This document shows, one piece after another, positions 27,269 through 40,843 of a stretch of 64,000 nucleotides of DNA; the stretch's first letter is position 1, and every line of letters starts with the position of its first letter. The stretch covers positions 69,812,001 to 69,876,000 of the forward strand of contig NC_043004.1 of assembly GCF_006345805.1 (NCBI RefSeq). The letters run 5' to 3'. Below the pieces are notes generated by a model. It ran no database searches. It was given only the letters and a program-made list of their open reading frames with translations, and was not told the DNA's origin. Source of the stretch: Octopus sinensis (taxonomy: Eukaryota). A program made the translations under genes and the position numbers.

Positions 27269-30137
27269 CATGATAAAAACCATAAAGCCTTGAAGTGAAT
27301 TGTAGTCAAAAGCAAAGGTAAGCCAGCAGAAAGTTTAGATGCAATGAGCAGGAGTTTTCTCTGCCCTTTTAAACCATCATTTAATGTCCACTTTTTCATG
27401 CTTGCATGGATCGGAATTTGTTGAGAGATTTTGTATGACCAAATGCCTTCCCTGTCATCATGATATATAGTTGTGTGTGTGTCATGAGTCAAATTACCAC
27501 TGTATCAAAAAGTGGTCACCTCATTTACTAAATATATTATAAAGGTTTTATTTTCATTGACATTTAAAAAAAAAAAGTCTTATTTTTCACAGTATTTCAT
27601 CATTTCCAAGAGAACAAGTATAAAAGTTTCATAACTATAAATATAAGCGATATTTTACTTCTAACAATGACTAAAAAGCCATAGTACTTAAAACATTCCA
27701 GGAAACTAAGTTAATTGGATTTCATTTAGATTAAAATGTGTTCTTGAATTTTTCAAAAAAACAGGAAAAGAGAAGAAAATTATAACCAGAATTAGCCACT
27801 AAAGATTACATCAGTCGAAGATCACTAATGTACATAGAATAACATTTTCAACAACCCCATTAATAAAACAATACCACATTATATACAGATAGCTTTCATT
27901 CCATTGTTACTTATATTTCATTATCGCTCCACTAACATTTTCTCAAATTGACAAGAGAGAAAGTGGGAGAGTATCTGATCACATGTGGAATGCAAGTGCA
28001 TGAATATTGTATATCAAAATACGAACAATTTCAAAATGGAAACCCTTCCTAACACCAATGATAAACAAAAGCCAGAATCTAAAGTGGTAATAATTAATAA
28101 AAATTGCATAAGAGATCCCAAAATAAGGGATAGTTGACCTTTAAAATAATACAGACATTTGAATCATTAATAATTAGCAAAATTACAAATTGATTATGAA
28201 GACAGCTACAAGTAGAAGCACTTGTCTCTCTGTAATAGCTGCAATATTATTGAACAATAGAGTTTATGAAGTATTCAGAAAAAAAAAAATGTTTGAGCTA
28301 AAATTGTTTTCTCCCGTTTTTAGTCAAGTCTGTTATAAAACTTGTTCGTTGCCAAAACCATTCAGACGAAAATATGGCTAATTATCAAAATTTGAAAGGT
28401 TAAAAAGTTTGTTTAGCTTGGCAGCAATCAATGAAAGTGTGAATAGAAATAGACACATGGTTTAGGTAAAATAGTTAAGAATATTTTAGAGAAATCTCTC
28501 TAGCACAGACAAAACAGCAGTGATGAGGCATAAGTTGGTGGAGGTATAAAAAGAAAAGCTTTTAATCTTACCAACCTGATTGGTCAAAGACGAATAGTAA
28601 TAGCAGAGCTGTTGCAGACAGTAAAAGAATTGAATCAATAGGAGTTTAAATTATAGTTAGAATATCTTTTATCTTTTGTTTTACCAATTGGACTACAGTA
28701 ATACTGGGAAACCACCTTGAGGGTTTTAGCTGAACAAATCAACCCCAGTACTTGATTTTTTTTTTTCTTTTTGCTTAATTTTTTTAAAGTCTGATACTTA
28801 ATCAGCCCCTTTTGCCAAAACAGCCAAGTTATGGGGATGTAAACAAACCAACACCTGTAGTCAAGCAGGGGGAAGACAAACATATACACATATACAACAG
28901 TTTCCACACAGTTTCCATCTACCAAATTCATTCAAGGCCTTGATCAGCACATGACTATGGTGGAGGTTTTTGGCACCATGCAGTAAGACTGAACCCAAAA
29001 CTAGCTGGTTACAATGCAAGTTTCTTAACCACACAGTCATGCCTACACCTAGAAAATGGCTAAATTTCTTAAACAGATAGAGAATGCAACTGCAATGTAA
29101 AATTTTGTCCAAAACAAAAAGAAAATGAGAGGGAGTGTAGTTTAATTAAAACACTACAATAAAAAAAAAAGAAAAATAATCATCTACGAAAAGACGAAAA
29201 TTAATCAAGGAAAACATTGAGCAGTTCTGTAATTCATAAGTGGTTGAGATTGATTAGCAAAGAGGAAACTTGAGAGATTGAACGAGAACAGAACACTGTC
29301 TCATAATGTCAGATTTATTTAGTGTCCTTTCATTCTGTATCCATAGAGAGACAATAGAGACTAACTAGAACAAGGTACAGAGTAAACAATAGCAATTATT
29401 CACAATTACTTTTCATCAATTAGTATCCAACGACAACCTAGAAATAAATAACAGACATCACAGAATTGACATTACCGTTGGTAATAAGAATCACTGACAT
29501 AATACAATAACCATAATGTCATTCTTAGAAACATCAGCATTTAAAAATATAACAATTATTTGAATGATTTGACTGAAGCTTACTTCAAATTTTGTTGAAT
29601 GATGAAACTGATAGCAAATCATGACATATAGCTACAGGTAGGTTTAATAATACTTCACCCACTACTATTTCAAAAATTCAGAATGAAAGTTCTTGATTAG
29701 TAACTAATGCATTATAGTTCTACCACAGTGACTAAAAATAAAATTCAATTAATAAATCTGAAACAGAATGACTTGGAATGATTTCAGGTTAACGGAAAAT
29801 GAATTGTGATATGTATGATACATATTTCAACTTTGTGTGTGTGTGTGTGTGTGTGCATACATGCATGTGTGCATGTCAAGTGTAGCACATCTGCCATGTT
29901 CACAGATGTGGGTTCAAGTGGCACAGGTTACCTTTCATTTTTCCATCCAAGGATTGACAGCTATACAAGTATATGCATGAGAAGACATACATAAAACTAA
30001 ACATGCAAATTTCCATGTATGCATACATACAAAAATACCCTGTTGATGTAGTTGAATTTCCAATGAAAGCATCTTGAGTCGAGGTTAGAAACTGGCTCTT
30101 TATCAGCAAGAAATCTTGAATCAAAACTGAATGACAG

Positions 30138-30168
<31 letters not shown>

Positions 30169-30178
30169 AATATATATA

Positions 30179-30385
30179 GTTAATCCAAACAAGAAAACAC
30201 AAAAAAACAAAAAAACACAGCAACACAGCAACGCGAGGACGTGGAACAAATAAAGTATTATTGGACGCTCAGGAAAGAAGGGAAGAAGGAGGGTTTAACA
30301 TTTCGAGCGGAGCTCTTCGTCGGAAACATAGGAGAAGGGAAGACAGAGGGAAAAAAATCGGCAACGGTACTCATGAGGTCACATA
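30179..30385 (-). mobile_element. (TA)n-embedded short element with a decayed hammerhead motif (Penelope-like terminus); truncated copy at 44899-44947
   Basis: Minus strand reads GTTT CCGACGA A GAGC TCC GCTC GAAA TGTT AAAC, flanked by TA repeats. Confidence 0.6.
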
Positions 30386-30449
30386 TATATATAAACGGTA
30401 CATTATCTGGTAGTGATTCAGCTATAAGAACAAGATCGGGTTCACAGGG

Positions 30450-30760
30450 ACAGCCTGACTCAAATTCCTCCGTTATTGCCTAGAGGACTATGATGAATAA
30501 GAGATAGCTGAGGAACAATCCTTGGTAAACTACTAATTGTACACTGAATTCATTGCAAGACTTGTTGCAAACCCTCACTTTATTGACAGTATCCCTGCAC
30601 ATGGCTTGTACAACTCTCGCCAACCACTCATCTTTCCCTAGTTTTCACATTGAGTAGGGGTCCCAGTCAAAGGCTTTCTCCATGTCAATAAAAGCCAAGT
30701 ACAGAAATTTATTTTTGGCAAAGTACTTCTGCAGTTGCCTTACCAGGAATATAGCATCGA
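30450..30760 (-). mobile_element. RTE RT fragment (another at 33945-34145, +)
   Basis: Homologous by eye to 21150-21500 (DAIFLVRQLQ, FIDMEKAFD). Confidence 0.75.
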
Positions 30761-31230
30761 GACAGTTCCTGTCTACCAAATACACTCACAAGGCTGGCCC
30801 AGGGCTATGGCTATAGTAGAAGGCACTTGTTGATGGTGCCATAGAGTGGAACTAAACCCAGACATGTTAGGAAATGAGCCTTCTCCCACACGTGTGGGTG
30901 TGTGATCTTGATACCATTACTTGACAAACAAGTAAAAGGATACGTACATATCAAGGTGTCTGGGTGAATGTTACCATCAATATGCCTGTGTGAAGGCATC
31001 AACACCATCAACACCATGCATGAAACATCACTGAGCTATAGATGACGAGATACACTGACATTCCTCCACCAGCAAACCACACAGCAATTATGCTTTAGAA
31101 GATGAGTAGAATAACAGGTAAGGGTCAGCAACAGGAAAGGTATCCAACTCTAAAACAAAACTTCAACAATATGTATACCTGTCTAACCTATGCTAGAAAA
31201 ATGGACATAAAATGAAACACACACACGCAC

Positions 31231-31310
<80 letters not shown>

Positions 31311-32898
31311 CTATGGCTGCCTTACATTGACACCAGTTGAAAATATATATAACTATGCTCTATGTTCATATTTCATACTCAACAGTTGCACAAAGAGGTC
31401 AATATAATAAATGCCAAACTTAGAGAATAAACAATGGACTCAATATGATAGACTAAAACCCTTCAAGTCAGTACTTTGGCATGGCAAAAGCCCAATTGAT
31501 ATAAGACTGTGTGTGTGGTGTGTGTGTGTATATATATATATATACATACACACATATATACAAATACATACATTCATATATGCACATACACACACATACA
31601 CAAACACACACACACATATATATATACATACATATATAGACATAAGTACTAGAATGAAAATGTGTGCATAGAATCCTAGAATATTCTTAAGTATTGAAGC
31701 TGGAAAGTACAAAATAAGTAGTAATTAATCCTGGAAAAGTAATGAAGAAGGAAAACTAAAAATATTGCTTCTGAAGTTAGAATTTAATACCTAAAATAAT
31801 AAACAAATGCCCTTTTATAATTTTATTTTTACTTAAAAGTTTAAATTAGAATACTCAACAAACTATTTCCAATTTGAGTGAAAAGACTAATTGCCTGGAA
31901 ATTTACACAAAAATTTGATATCACAAAATTTTTAAAAGTCAGAGAATAGCAATTTAAGCAAAATTAACAATTGTAACTAAGAGAGTTTGCATATAGACAC
32001 AACCACATATAGACACATATATACACATACATATATAAACTGACATATATACACAAACATTTTATATTTGTACTCAATTTGCTCATTAGATTCCATTTTC
32101 TTTGATATTTTTGTAATGGTAAATAGAAAATATTTTATCTGATAATGCAAACTTTAAAGAAATTCTTTTTTTTTTCTTGAATATTTTTTACTATATTTTA
32201 CTCATACTTAAGAATATTCTAGGATTCTCTGCCTGTAGTTTTCATTGTAGTCCACCTTTTTTCTTTCCAGGTAATGCTTTTATTATTATTAATTATTATA
32301 TTTACTTTTTTATAATTGAAAAGATGATATCATCATCATCATTTAACGTCTGCTTTCCATGCTAGCATGGGTTGGACAATACTATTGTAAATACTTTTTT
32401 TAAATACAAGTTTTGTTCAAACTTAGAAATTTCTGTTACAAATAAATGTATTTTTCAACAATTTTTATTTAAAAATGTTATATTCTATAAAATAAGTTTT
32501 TTCCATAAGTGAAAGTTTTTATTTTAATATTTTTAATAAGTACACCATTTAATACATGAAAACAAAAACAAGAATATATGAAATCACAAAAGAATCTTAA
32601 CTATTTTTATGCTTAATATTTTTAAACAGGATTTTCTCAGAAATATTCATCAGGATAAACTCTTTCAAGTTAATGTAATGTAATATTTTGATTTCTTAAA
32701 ATTATAACCTTTTTACATCACTGAAAGCCAAAGAACTGTTTTTGTAGTTAATATTTCTTGACAAGCTTTTCACCAAAAGATTCTACTCATAGAGTTCTTT
32801 CAGCTGAAGTAAATCTGGAATGCAGACTAGCTGTGAAACCAGATTAGAAGAATGGGTTCAAATACTGTTTGGAAATGGGGGAAAAAATGGCTAGCACG

Positions 32899-32966
32899 GC
32901 ACTACAGGGGATCAAACCCATACCTCTCAAATTCCAGTTATGTGCGCCATACCATTAAGCTAAGCA
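32899..32966 (-). pseudogene. tRNA-derived relic (tRNA pseudogene or SINE head)
   Basis: A-box-like TAGCTTAATGGT and B-box-like GGGTTTGATCCCC at tRNA spacing. Stems are poorly paired. Confidence 0.4.
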
Positions 32967-33497
32967 ATCTATGACATCAGGTGCTGTCTTTTATAATGTT
33001 AAATATCATAAAATAAAAATATTTTACTTTGTTAAAATTATCACCTTTCTTTTTTGTCATAGAGATAACTACTTTTTTCTGTAGCTAATATTTTTTGACA
33101 ATGTTTTCATCATAAGACTGATCTCCGAGAGCTCATTCATTTGAACACAACTGATGTGTAGTTTTCTTCAGTATTAGCTTAGATATTTTGATTCTAAGCC
33201 AATTTGGTGGCGGGGGGGGGGGGGGTACTTAACATTTTGGTTTTGTTACAGTTATGTAGTTTTATCGATTTTTATCGTAATTGGGAGTTATTTTGACTGA
33301 AAAAATGCCCCTATGACTTAAGTTATGGTATTTGGAATAGTAATTCCGATTTTTTCATTCACTAAATTTGGAATTGTGTAAATGTATGAATTTTCAATAC
33401 ACACACAGAAAATCTGCCTTTTATAGATAGATATATATATATACATACAGTATAGATATATACACATACAGTATAGATATATATATATATATACATA

Positions 33498-33535
<38 letters not shown>

Positions 33536-33878
33536 TATATATATATATATAAAAAGCACTATCCGACTCGTGGCCAATGCCAGCTCCGCCTCCACTGGCT
33601 TCCGTGCCGGTGGCACATAAAATACACCAATCCGACCGTGGCCGTTGCCAGCCTCGCCTGGCACCTGTGCAGGTGGCACGTAAAAAGCACCCACTACACT
33701 CACGGAGTGGTTGGCGTTAGGAAGGGCATCCAGCTGTAGAAACATTGCCAGATAAGACTGGAGCCTGGTGCAGCCTTCTGGCTTCCCAGATCCCCGGTCG
33801 AACCGTCCAACCCATGCTAGCATGGAGAACGGACGTTAAACGATGATGATGATGATATATATATATATATATATATAT

Positions 33879-33920
<42 letters not shown>

Positions 33921-34179
33921 CACACACACACACACACACACGTGGGTCATAGCCCAGTTAATTAGGGAGAAATTCATCATAGATGAGATGCAGTTCGGTT
34001 TTGTGGCAGGCAGAAGTACCACTGATGCTATATTTCTGGTATGGCAACTGCAGGAGAAATACCTAGCCAATGATAAAGCTTTGTACTTGGCCTTCGTTGA
34101 CTTGGAAAAAGCCTTTGACAGGGTCCCCTGATCCTTTATATGGTGATCATATATATATACATACATACACAGTATATCA

Positions 34180-34220
<41 letters not shown>

Positions 34221-35312
34221 ATATATATATATATATATACATACATACACATAAATACAGTATACGCTCGGATGGTGTTTTCTTATGTGCCACTGGCACC
34301 TGTGTCGGTGGCACATAAGAAAACACCATCCGAGCGTGGCCGCCTGCCAGCCTCGTCTGGCACCTGTGTCAGTGGCACATAAAAACACCATCCGAGCGTG
34401 GCCGTCTGCCAGCCTCGTCTGGCACCTGTGTCGGTGGCACATAAAATCACCCACTACACTCTCGGAGTGGTTGGCGTTAGGAAGGGCATCCAGCTGTAGA
34501 AACACTGCCAGATCTGACTGGCCTGGTGCAGCCTTCGAGCTTGCCAGACCCCAGTTGAACCGTCCAACCCATGCCAGCATGGAAAGCGGTCGTTAAACGA
34601 TGATGATGATGATGATGATAAATACAGTATATCAATATTACACACACACACAGAGTATATCAATGTGTGTATATATATATTTATATATATATACATACAT
34701 ACACAGTAATCCCTCAACTATTGCGAGTTTTATGTTCCACTCCCAGCAATAGGTGAAAATCTGTGAGGTAGAAACAATACTGTACTGTGCATTTCTTTGT
34801 ATTTCATAATTTGTATATATTTATCATAAATATATAACACTGTGAAGCAATCAACATAAGCTCAAACAATAAGCCGCAATATGGCAAGGGATTACTGTAT
34901 ACAGTATATCTAAGATAGATGAAGACCACATATTTAGTACATTTTCACCACCAATTCTAATTCAGCAGAAAAATTTGTCAGCGTAAGCCATTTTCCATAG
35001 GCTGCCTTGAAAAGATCTGGTCCAATTAGGATTTAAATCTACAAATTTTAACATGGTCTGAACCCTGGAGATCAGAAGTACTGTTTATCTCGTGACCAGA
35101 TTGAAACATGTGTAGGTCTTTTAATGCTTATTCTATAATTTTTATAATTAAATAATCCTTTAAATTTTATTTGTATTCACTTATTTGCTATATTTTATTG
35201 TGCTTAACATGATACAAATAAAATAAGTATCCATAATTATCTCTCTGTTTTCTGATGTTGATATAAAATGTAAATTATATATATATATATAGTGTGTATG
35301 TATATTGTGTGC

Positions 35313-35347
<35 letters not shown>

Positions 35348-35626
35348 ATGCATTTTAACATTTTAATTTCAAGTTTCCATGTATTAATTATATTTCCTTC
35401 ATTAAGGTCAATATGTATTTTATTCAATGTAAGGTTTTTCCTCGAATTTTATAATTTTTATAATTTTTTAATATATATATATATATTTTTTTTGAGCTCA
35501 TTTTTGTTTATCGCTCGAAAATTGACCGTTATTTCTAAAGGGCCAATCAAACAAGTCCATTTTTAAAGGTGTAGCGTTTGTAATAGTCTAGATAGAATTG
35601 ATATATCGGTTGCATTCTAGCAAAAA

Positions 35627-35664
35627 CTGTCCGATGAACGACAACGGGAAATTCAGAGTAACAG
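35627..35664 (+). ncRNA. Minimal type-I hammerhead ribozyme candidate, inside a (TA)n-flanked repeat family (copies 35480-35770, 59790-59940, partial 43125-43260)
   Basis: CTGT-CCGATGA-A CG ACAA CG G-GAAA-TTC A GAG-TA/ACAG: helix I CTGT/ACAG, core boxes, GUA cleavage triplet. Confidence 0.65.
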
Positions 35665-37818
35665 GTTTTGTTGAATTTTCTGCTGCTTTAAATAAAGCAT
35701 ATTACTCTACCACTGGTATTTGAGTACTCTTTTTTCCACCTTGTTTCACATTTATGTGTTTACTCCGGTATATATATAAATGTGTGGAATTCTTTCAGTT
35801 TCAGTCTACCAAATTCATTCACAAGACACTGGTTAGCTCAGGCCTATTGTAGAAAACATGGTGCCACACAGTGAGCCTAATGGGAAGCAAACTTGTCAAG
35901 CACGGAGACACTCCTTACAGACCTATTACATTCTGTAAAGTAGTTGGCATTAGAAAGGCATCCATCTGTAGAGACCATGCCAAAATGGACATTGGAGAAA
36001 GACTTGATCCTCAGATCTGATAGAACCAGTGGATTCTTTCAGACCACCCACCATGCCAACATGAAAAAGTAGGCCTGAAATGATACACTCACATATATAT
36101 ACAAAAGATATTTCTAATTAGCAATCAAAGACAAAGTATCAGAGTAAAGCTTGTACACATCACTGGCCCAACTAATTACTATCTAATCTCCACTTACTAA
36201 CAAAATAAACAACAGTAATCAATACAAAGTCCAATTTAACAGCAGCCAGTGGTTGGCCAGTGGCCAAAATAAGTAACTTTCTATAGGTCACATAGTTACA
36301 AAAAAAAATGCAAAATGTAAACTGATAATAGTTTGAACATCGTCAAATATAAGTTTTGACAAATAATACACCAAATTCTTTGGTAACATAGTGCAATACT
36401 ACATATTTATAGCATGCATTACATACATACACATAAATAAATATTCCTTTATTCTTTTACTTCTTTCAGTCATCTGACCACAGACATTTGAAGGATTTAA
36501 GCTTAGTACTTACTTATTCTATCAGTTTTTTGCCAAACCGCTAAGTTACAGGGATGCAAATACACCATCATCTGTTGTCAAGCAGTGATAGGGGACAAAC
36601 AAACACGCAGTTATATACATTATATATATATATATATATATATGATTTTTGACAGTGAACAGGTCGCGGATTTTAGCGACGAAAATATTTTGACAAATTA
36701 AACTTAAATGTTGAAGTGAATCGAACGGCTTTTGTGTGTTTCTTAAATGGCTTATTAACACCTTCCACGCTGCAATTGGTATATATATATACACATATAT
36801 TACAGCGGTGGTGCCCCAGCATGGCCACAGCCTTCGGGCTAAAACATTTTTAAGGATTTTAAGGATATACATATGTATATACATATACACACACACACAC
36901 ACGCACACATATATATATGTATATATACATACACATGACAGGCTTCTTTCAGTTTCCGTCTACCAAATCCACTCACAAGGCTTTGGTTGGCCCGAGGCTA
37001 TAGCAGAAGACACTTGCACAAGGTGCCACGCAGTGGGACTGAACCCAGAACCATGTAGTGTAGTTGGGAAGCAAGCTCCTGATCACACATCCACACACAC
37101 ACGAACAGACAAGAACATGTGTGAAATGCCATGCGTTTACTGAAATTACAGGCTAGTGGGATAACAGCAGCAATCCGAGAATACATGTAAATTTTCAAGT
37201 GTTCTTAGTAACGGAGCTGAAGGGGTTTGCAAATCAAACAAACAGATCTTTCACTACAGAGATAGTTACTATCTGCAAATGATTTTCTAAATCTGTACAA
37301 ATATATTTACTATAATTCAATGAGAACATTGAAGTATGCTAAACATGTTTTTTTTTTTGCATTCTTTCTTCTTTTTTTTTTTTTAATCTTTTACTAAGGA
37401 GTGGAGGTAGGGCATGAAAGATTGAGGAGAAGGCTAAGCAAGGTAACCTTCAAGCTGGTAGCTTTGCCCAAATGCTTGCAACAGAGTAGACTCTTGCCAA
37501 AAACACCCAATATGCCATGGGGAGTTCACCTAAGTAGGCCACAGCAAGATTTAAACTCAGAATACAAAGAGCTGAGACAAACACCACAAGGTATCTGGTC
37601 TAATATTCACAAAGATTTGTCAATCTACTACATTGCATTAGTACTTTTTTTATAATCAACTCTAAAGGTAAAGCTATCCTTGGCAAGATTTGAACTCAGA
37701 GCACTGACAGAATGCCAGGAACCAATTCACTTCCTAATAGTGAGGTGGGCAGGGGAGAGAAACATGAAAGAGATTCCACTACAATAGCTTTCTGCATAGG
37801 TGAACAACCTGTTAAATA

Positions 37819-39078
37819 TATTGGGTCATCCCATAAATAATGCAATTTGTTCAATTGAATGAACTGAAAGTCAGAGAGGGACAGGATAAACTACCTGCAT
37901 CAACTTGCTATAAAAGCAGGTAGTAATTTTAGTGTAAGTTCTGAAGAGTGCAGTTCGATTTTAACAGTTATTTTTTCAAAGCTATAATGTAAGTGACAAA
38001 GGAACATGTTCAGCATATTTTGCTTTATGAGTTCAATAAAGGCAACAATGCAACAGAAAGTGTGAGGGAAATTAATGCAGTATATGGAGATTGGACAATA
38101 AGCATAAGCTAGTGTCAATGGTGGTTCCAGAAATTCTGAGCCGGAAACTACAGCCTAAAAGACGAGTCTCATCCTGGAAAATCTGTAGAGCTTAACGATG
38201 ACATCCTGCAAACCCTGGTGGAACAAAATCCCATCGTAACTGTTGAGAGACAAGCAGAGAAGCTTGGATTTGGTCAATCAACCATTCATTGACACCTACA
38301 TGCCATCAGAAAAGTCAGCAAATTGGGTCAATAGGTTCCTCACAAACTTTCTAAATCTAATCATGCACAGAAAGTGAATGTGTGCTCTTCTTTGCTGTCA
38401 TGTCTCACAAATGAACCTTTTTCAGACTGAATAGTGACTGGTGACAAGAAATGGGTTCTCTATAAAAATGCCAAGTGCCAAAGACAGCGTGCAAGGAAAG
38501 GAGAAACATTGGTACCCCAGGCTAAAGAAAGTGTTGCTTTCTGTTTGGTGAGATATGAAAGGTTTAGTCCACTTTGAAATTTTAAACCCAAACCAAACAA
38601 TAAAGGAGATCTACTGTGAGCAGCTTGAGTGGCTTAAGTCATTGTTAGAAGAAAAACGACCATTTTTGGTTTCAAGACGAAAGGTGTTCTTCCATCAGGA
38701 TAATGCTCAACCACATATAACAAGAATGACATTCCAAAGGTTGGCACAGTTTGAATGGGAAACGATGCCCCACCCACCATATTTGCTGAACATTCCAGGC
38801 ATTGCCCCATCTGATTATCATTTATTCCATAGTCTTCAAAATCATTTAGATGGGAAAAAATATAAATTCTGTAGATGAGTTTAGAACAGTACAAGGAGTA
38901 TTTTTCATCATGGACAAGTGAATTTTGGAAGAGGGGCCTTACAACTCTACCAGATAGATGGAAGAGCATTGTAGAAAATGAAGGGGAGCGTATTTTAGAT
39001 TAAAGAACTTTGTTTATCTTAATTTTGAAAAATAAAGGAAGTATAAAAAAACCGCATTATTAATGGAATGACCCAATA
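37819..39078 (+). mobile_element. Full-length but inactivated mariner, about 1.26 kb
   Basis: TIRs TATTGGGTCATCCCATAAATAATGC / GCATTATTAATGGAATGACCCAATA. Motifs IVTGDKKW, FHQDNAQPH and APSDYHLF, with frameshifts. Confidence 0.9.
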
Positions 39079-39296
39079 GTAACAAAACTTCCTTCATGTC
39101 TTACTGTATTAAAGTAGAAAATGATACAATAGAAGATTTGATGCTATAGATACAATAGAAAATGTGTGTGTGTGTGTGTACACACATACACATAGATATA
39201 TATGCATACATAAACAATAGATACACATGCCAATAAGGGGGGGGGTAACGAATGCGTAGGGGGTGAGTGAAGATTATGATGAGGTGTGTATATATA

Positions 39297-40747
39297 TATT
39301 GGGTTGGTAAGAAAGTAATTTCGTTTTTTCACAAATAGAGTTACAATTTCTTTTTATGACTTTTGTCAATGTTATAGCTTTTTTCCTTTTGACATTTGAT
39401 AACCATTACTTTTAGCTTACTTTAGAAGCAAATTTCACATAATTTTAACAGCTGGTAGTTTAGTGTCAATTTTAACATGGAGTGCAAAAACGAACATTTT
39501 TGCCATATTTTGCTTTTTTATTTCCGTAAAAGCAAGAAAGCTGCTGAGGCTCACAAAGAGATATGTGGAATTTATCATGTTCATTGCTTTAACAGAATGC
39601 ACATGTCATAAATCATCATCATCATCATTGTTTAACGTCTGCTTTCTATGCTAGCATGGGTTGGACGGTTCAACTGGGGTCTGGGAAGCCAGGAGGCTGC
39701 ACCAGGCTCCAGTCTGATCTGGCAGTGTTTCTACAGCTGGATGCCCTTCCTAACACCAACCACTCCGTGAGTGTAGTGGGTGCTTTTTACGTGCCACCTG
39801 CACATAAAATGGTTTTTAAATTTTCATTCTGGAGATTTTTCACTCAAAGATGACCAACATTCTGGCTGACCTACTGAAGTTGATGATGACTGAATCAGAG
39901 CCATCATTGAATCTGGTTGTCTTATAATTGTGCGAGAGATTGCAGAGAGGTTAAATGTATCACACACAACAATTGAGAATCACTTAAAATATCTTGGACT
40001 CGTTAAGAAGCTCAACATTAAGGTTCGACATAAATTGAAAGAGATTCACTTAACACAATGAATCAATATTTGCAATATGCATCTCAAACGCAATTAAATC
40101 GGCCTCTTTTGAAACAAATCATCAATCAAAAATGATCAGGTTCCAAGTGTAATGAACCAGCAGAAACCACATCAAAAGCTGAATTGCATAAAAGAAAAAG
40201 AAAGGCCATGCTGTCAATTTGTTGGTATTACAAAGGTGTTGTGTATTTTGAGCTACTTCCAAGGAACCAAACAATCAATTCAGATGTTTATTGTCAACAA
40301 CTAATGAAACTGGAAGAAGCAATCAAAGAAAAACAACCTGAATTAGCTAACAGTATTAGCTAATCATGTTCTACCATAAAAACGCTAGACCACACAAGCC
40401 TTTGGTAACTCGTGAAAAGTTACTGGAGCAGAGTTGGGAAGTAATGTCACATCCACCAGATAACCCTTGACCTTGCACCATCAGATTACCATTTATTTCG
40501 AAGTTTGCAAAATTCTTTGAATGGTAGAACTTTCAATATGATGACCTGAAATCACACTTGCTTCAGTTTTTGGCTGATAAGGACCAGAAGTTCTATGAGT
40601 GTGGAATTGAAGTTACCAAAAAGATGGCAAATGGTTATCAAACAAAGTGGAAAATATAGAATTGTTCAAAGCTCATTCTTCGTGTGAAAAAAAATTATTT
40701 TTATTTCACACTAAAAAAAACGAAATTACTTTCTTGCCAATCCAATA
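39297..40747 (+). mobile_element. Second decayed mariner family, interrupted by a SINE (39615-39805)
   Basis: TIRs TATTGGGTTGGTAAGAAAGTAATTTCG / CGAAATTACTTTCTTGCCAATCCAATA. Transposase remnant GVVYFELLPRNQTINSDVYCQQL. Confidence 0.85.
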
Positions 40748-40808
40748 TGTGTGTGTGTGTATATACACACACATACATACCTATATATATATATATATAT
40801 ATAGATAG

Positions 40809-40843
<35 letters not shown>

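Noticed and set aside
33717-34580. Longest ORF in the track (287 aa)
   Set aside because: Reads through two SINEs, microsatellites and an RT fragment, so it is not a gene.
33800-34620. Regularly recurring repeats resembling a CRISPR array
   Set aside because: Eukaryotic SINE copies and internal VNTR units with no unique spacers and no cas genes.
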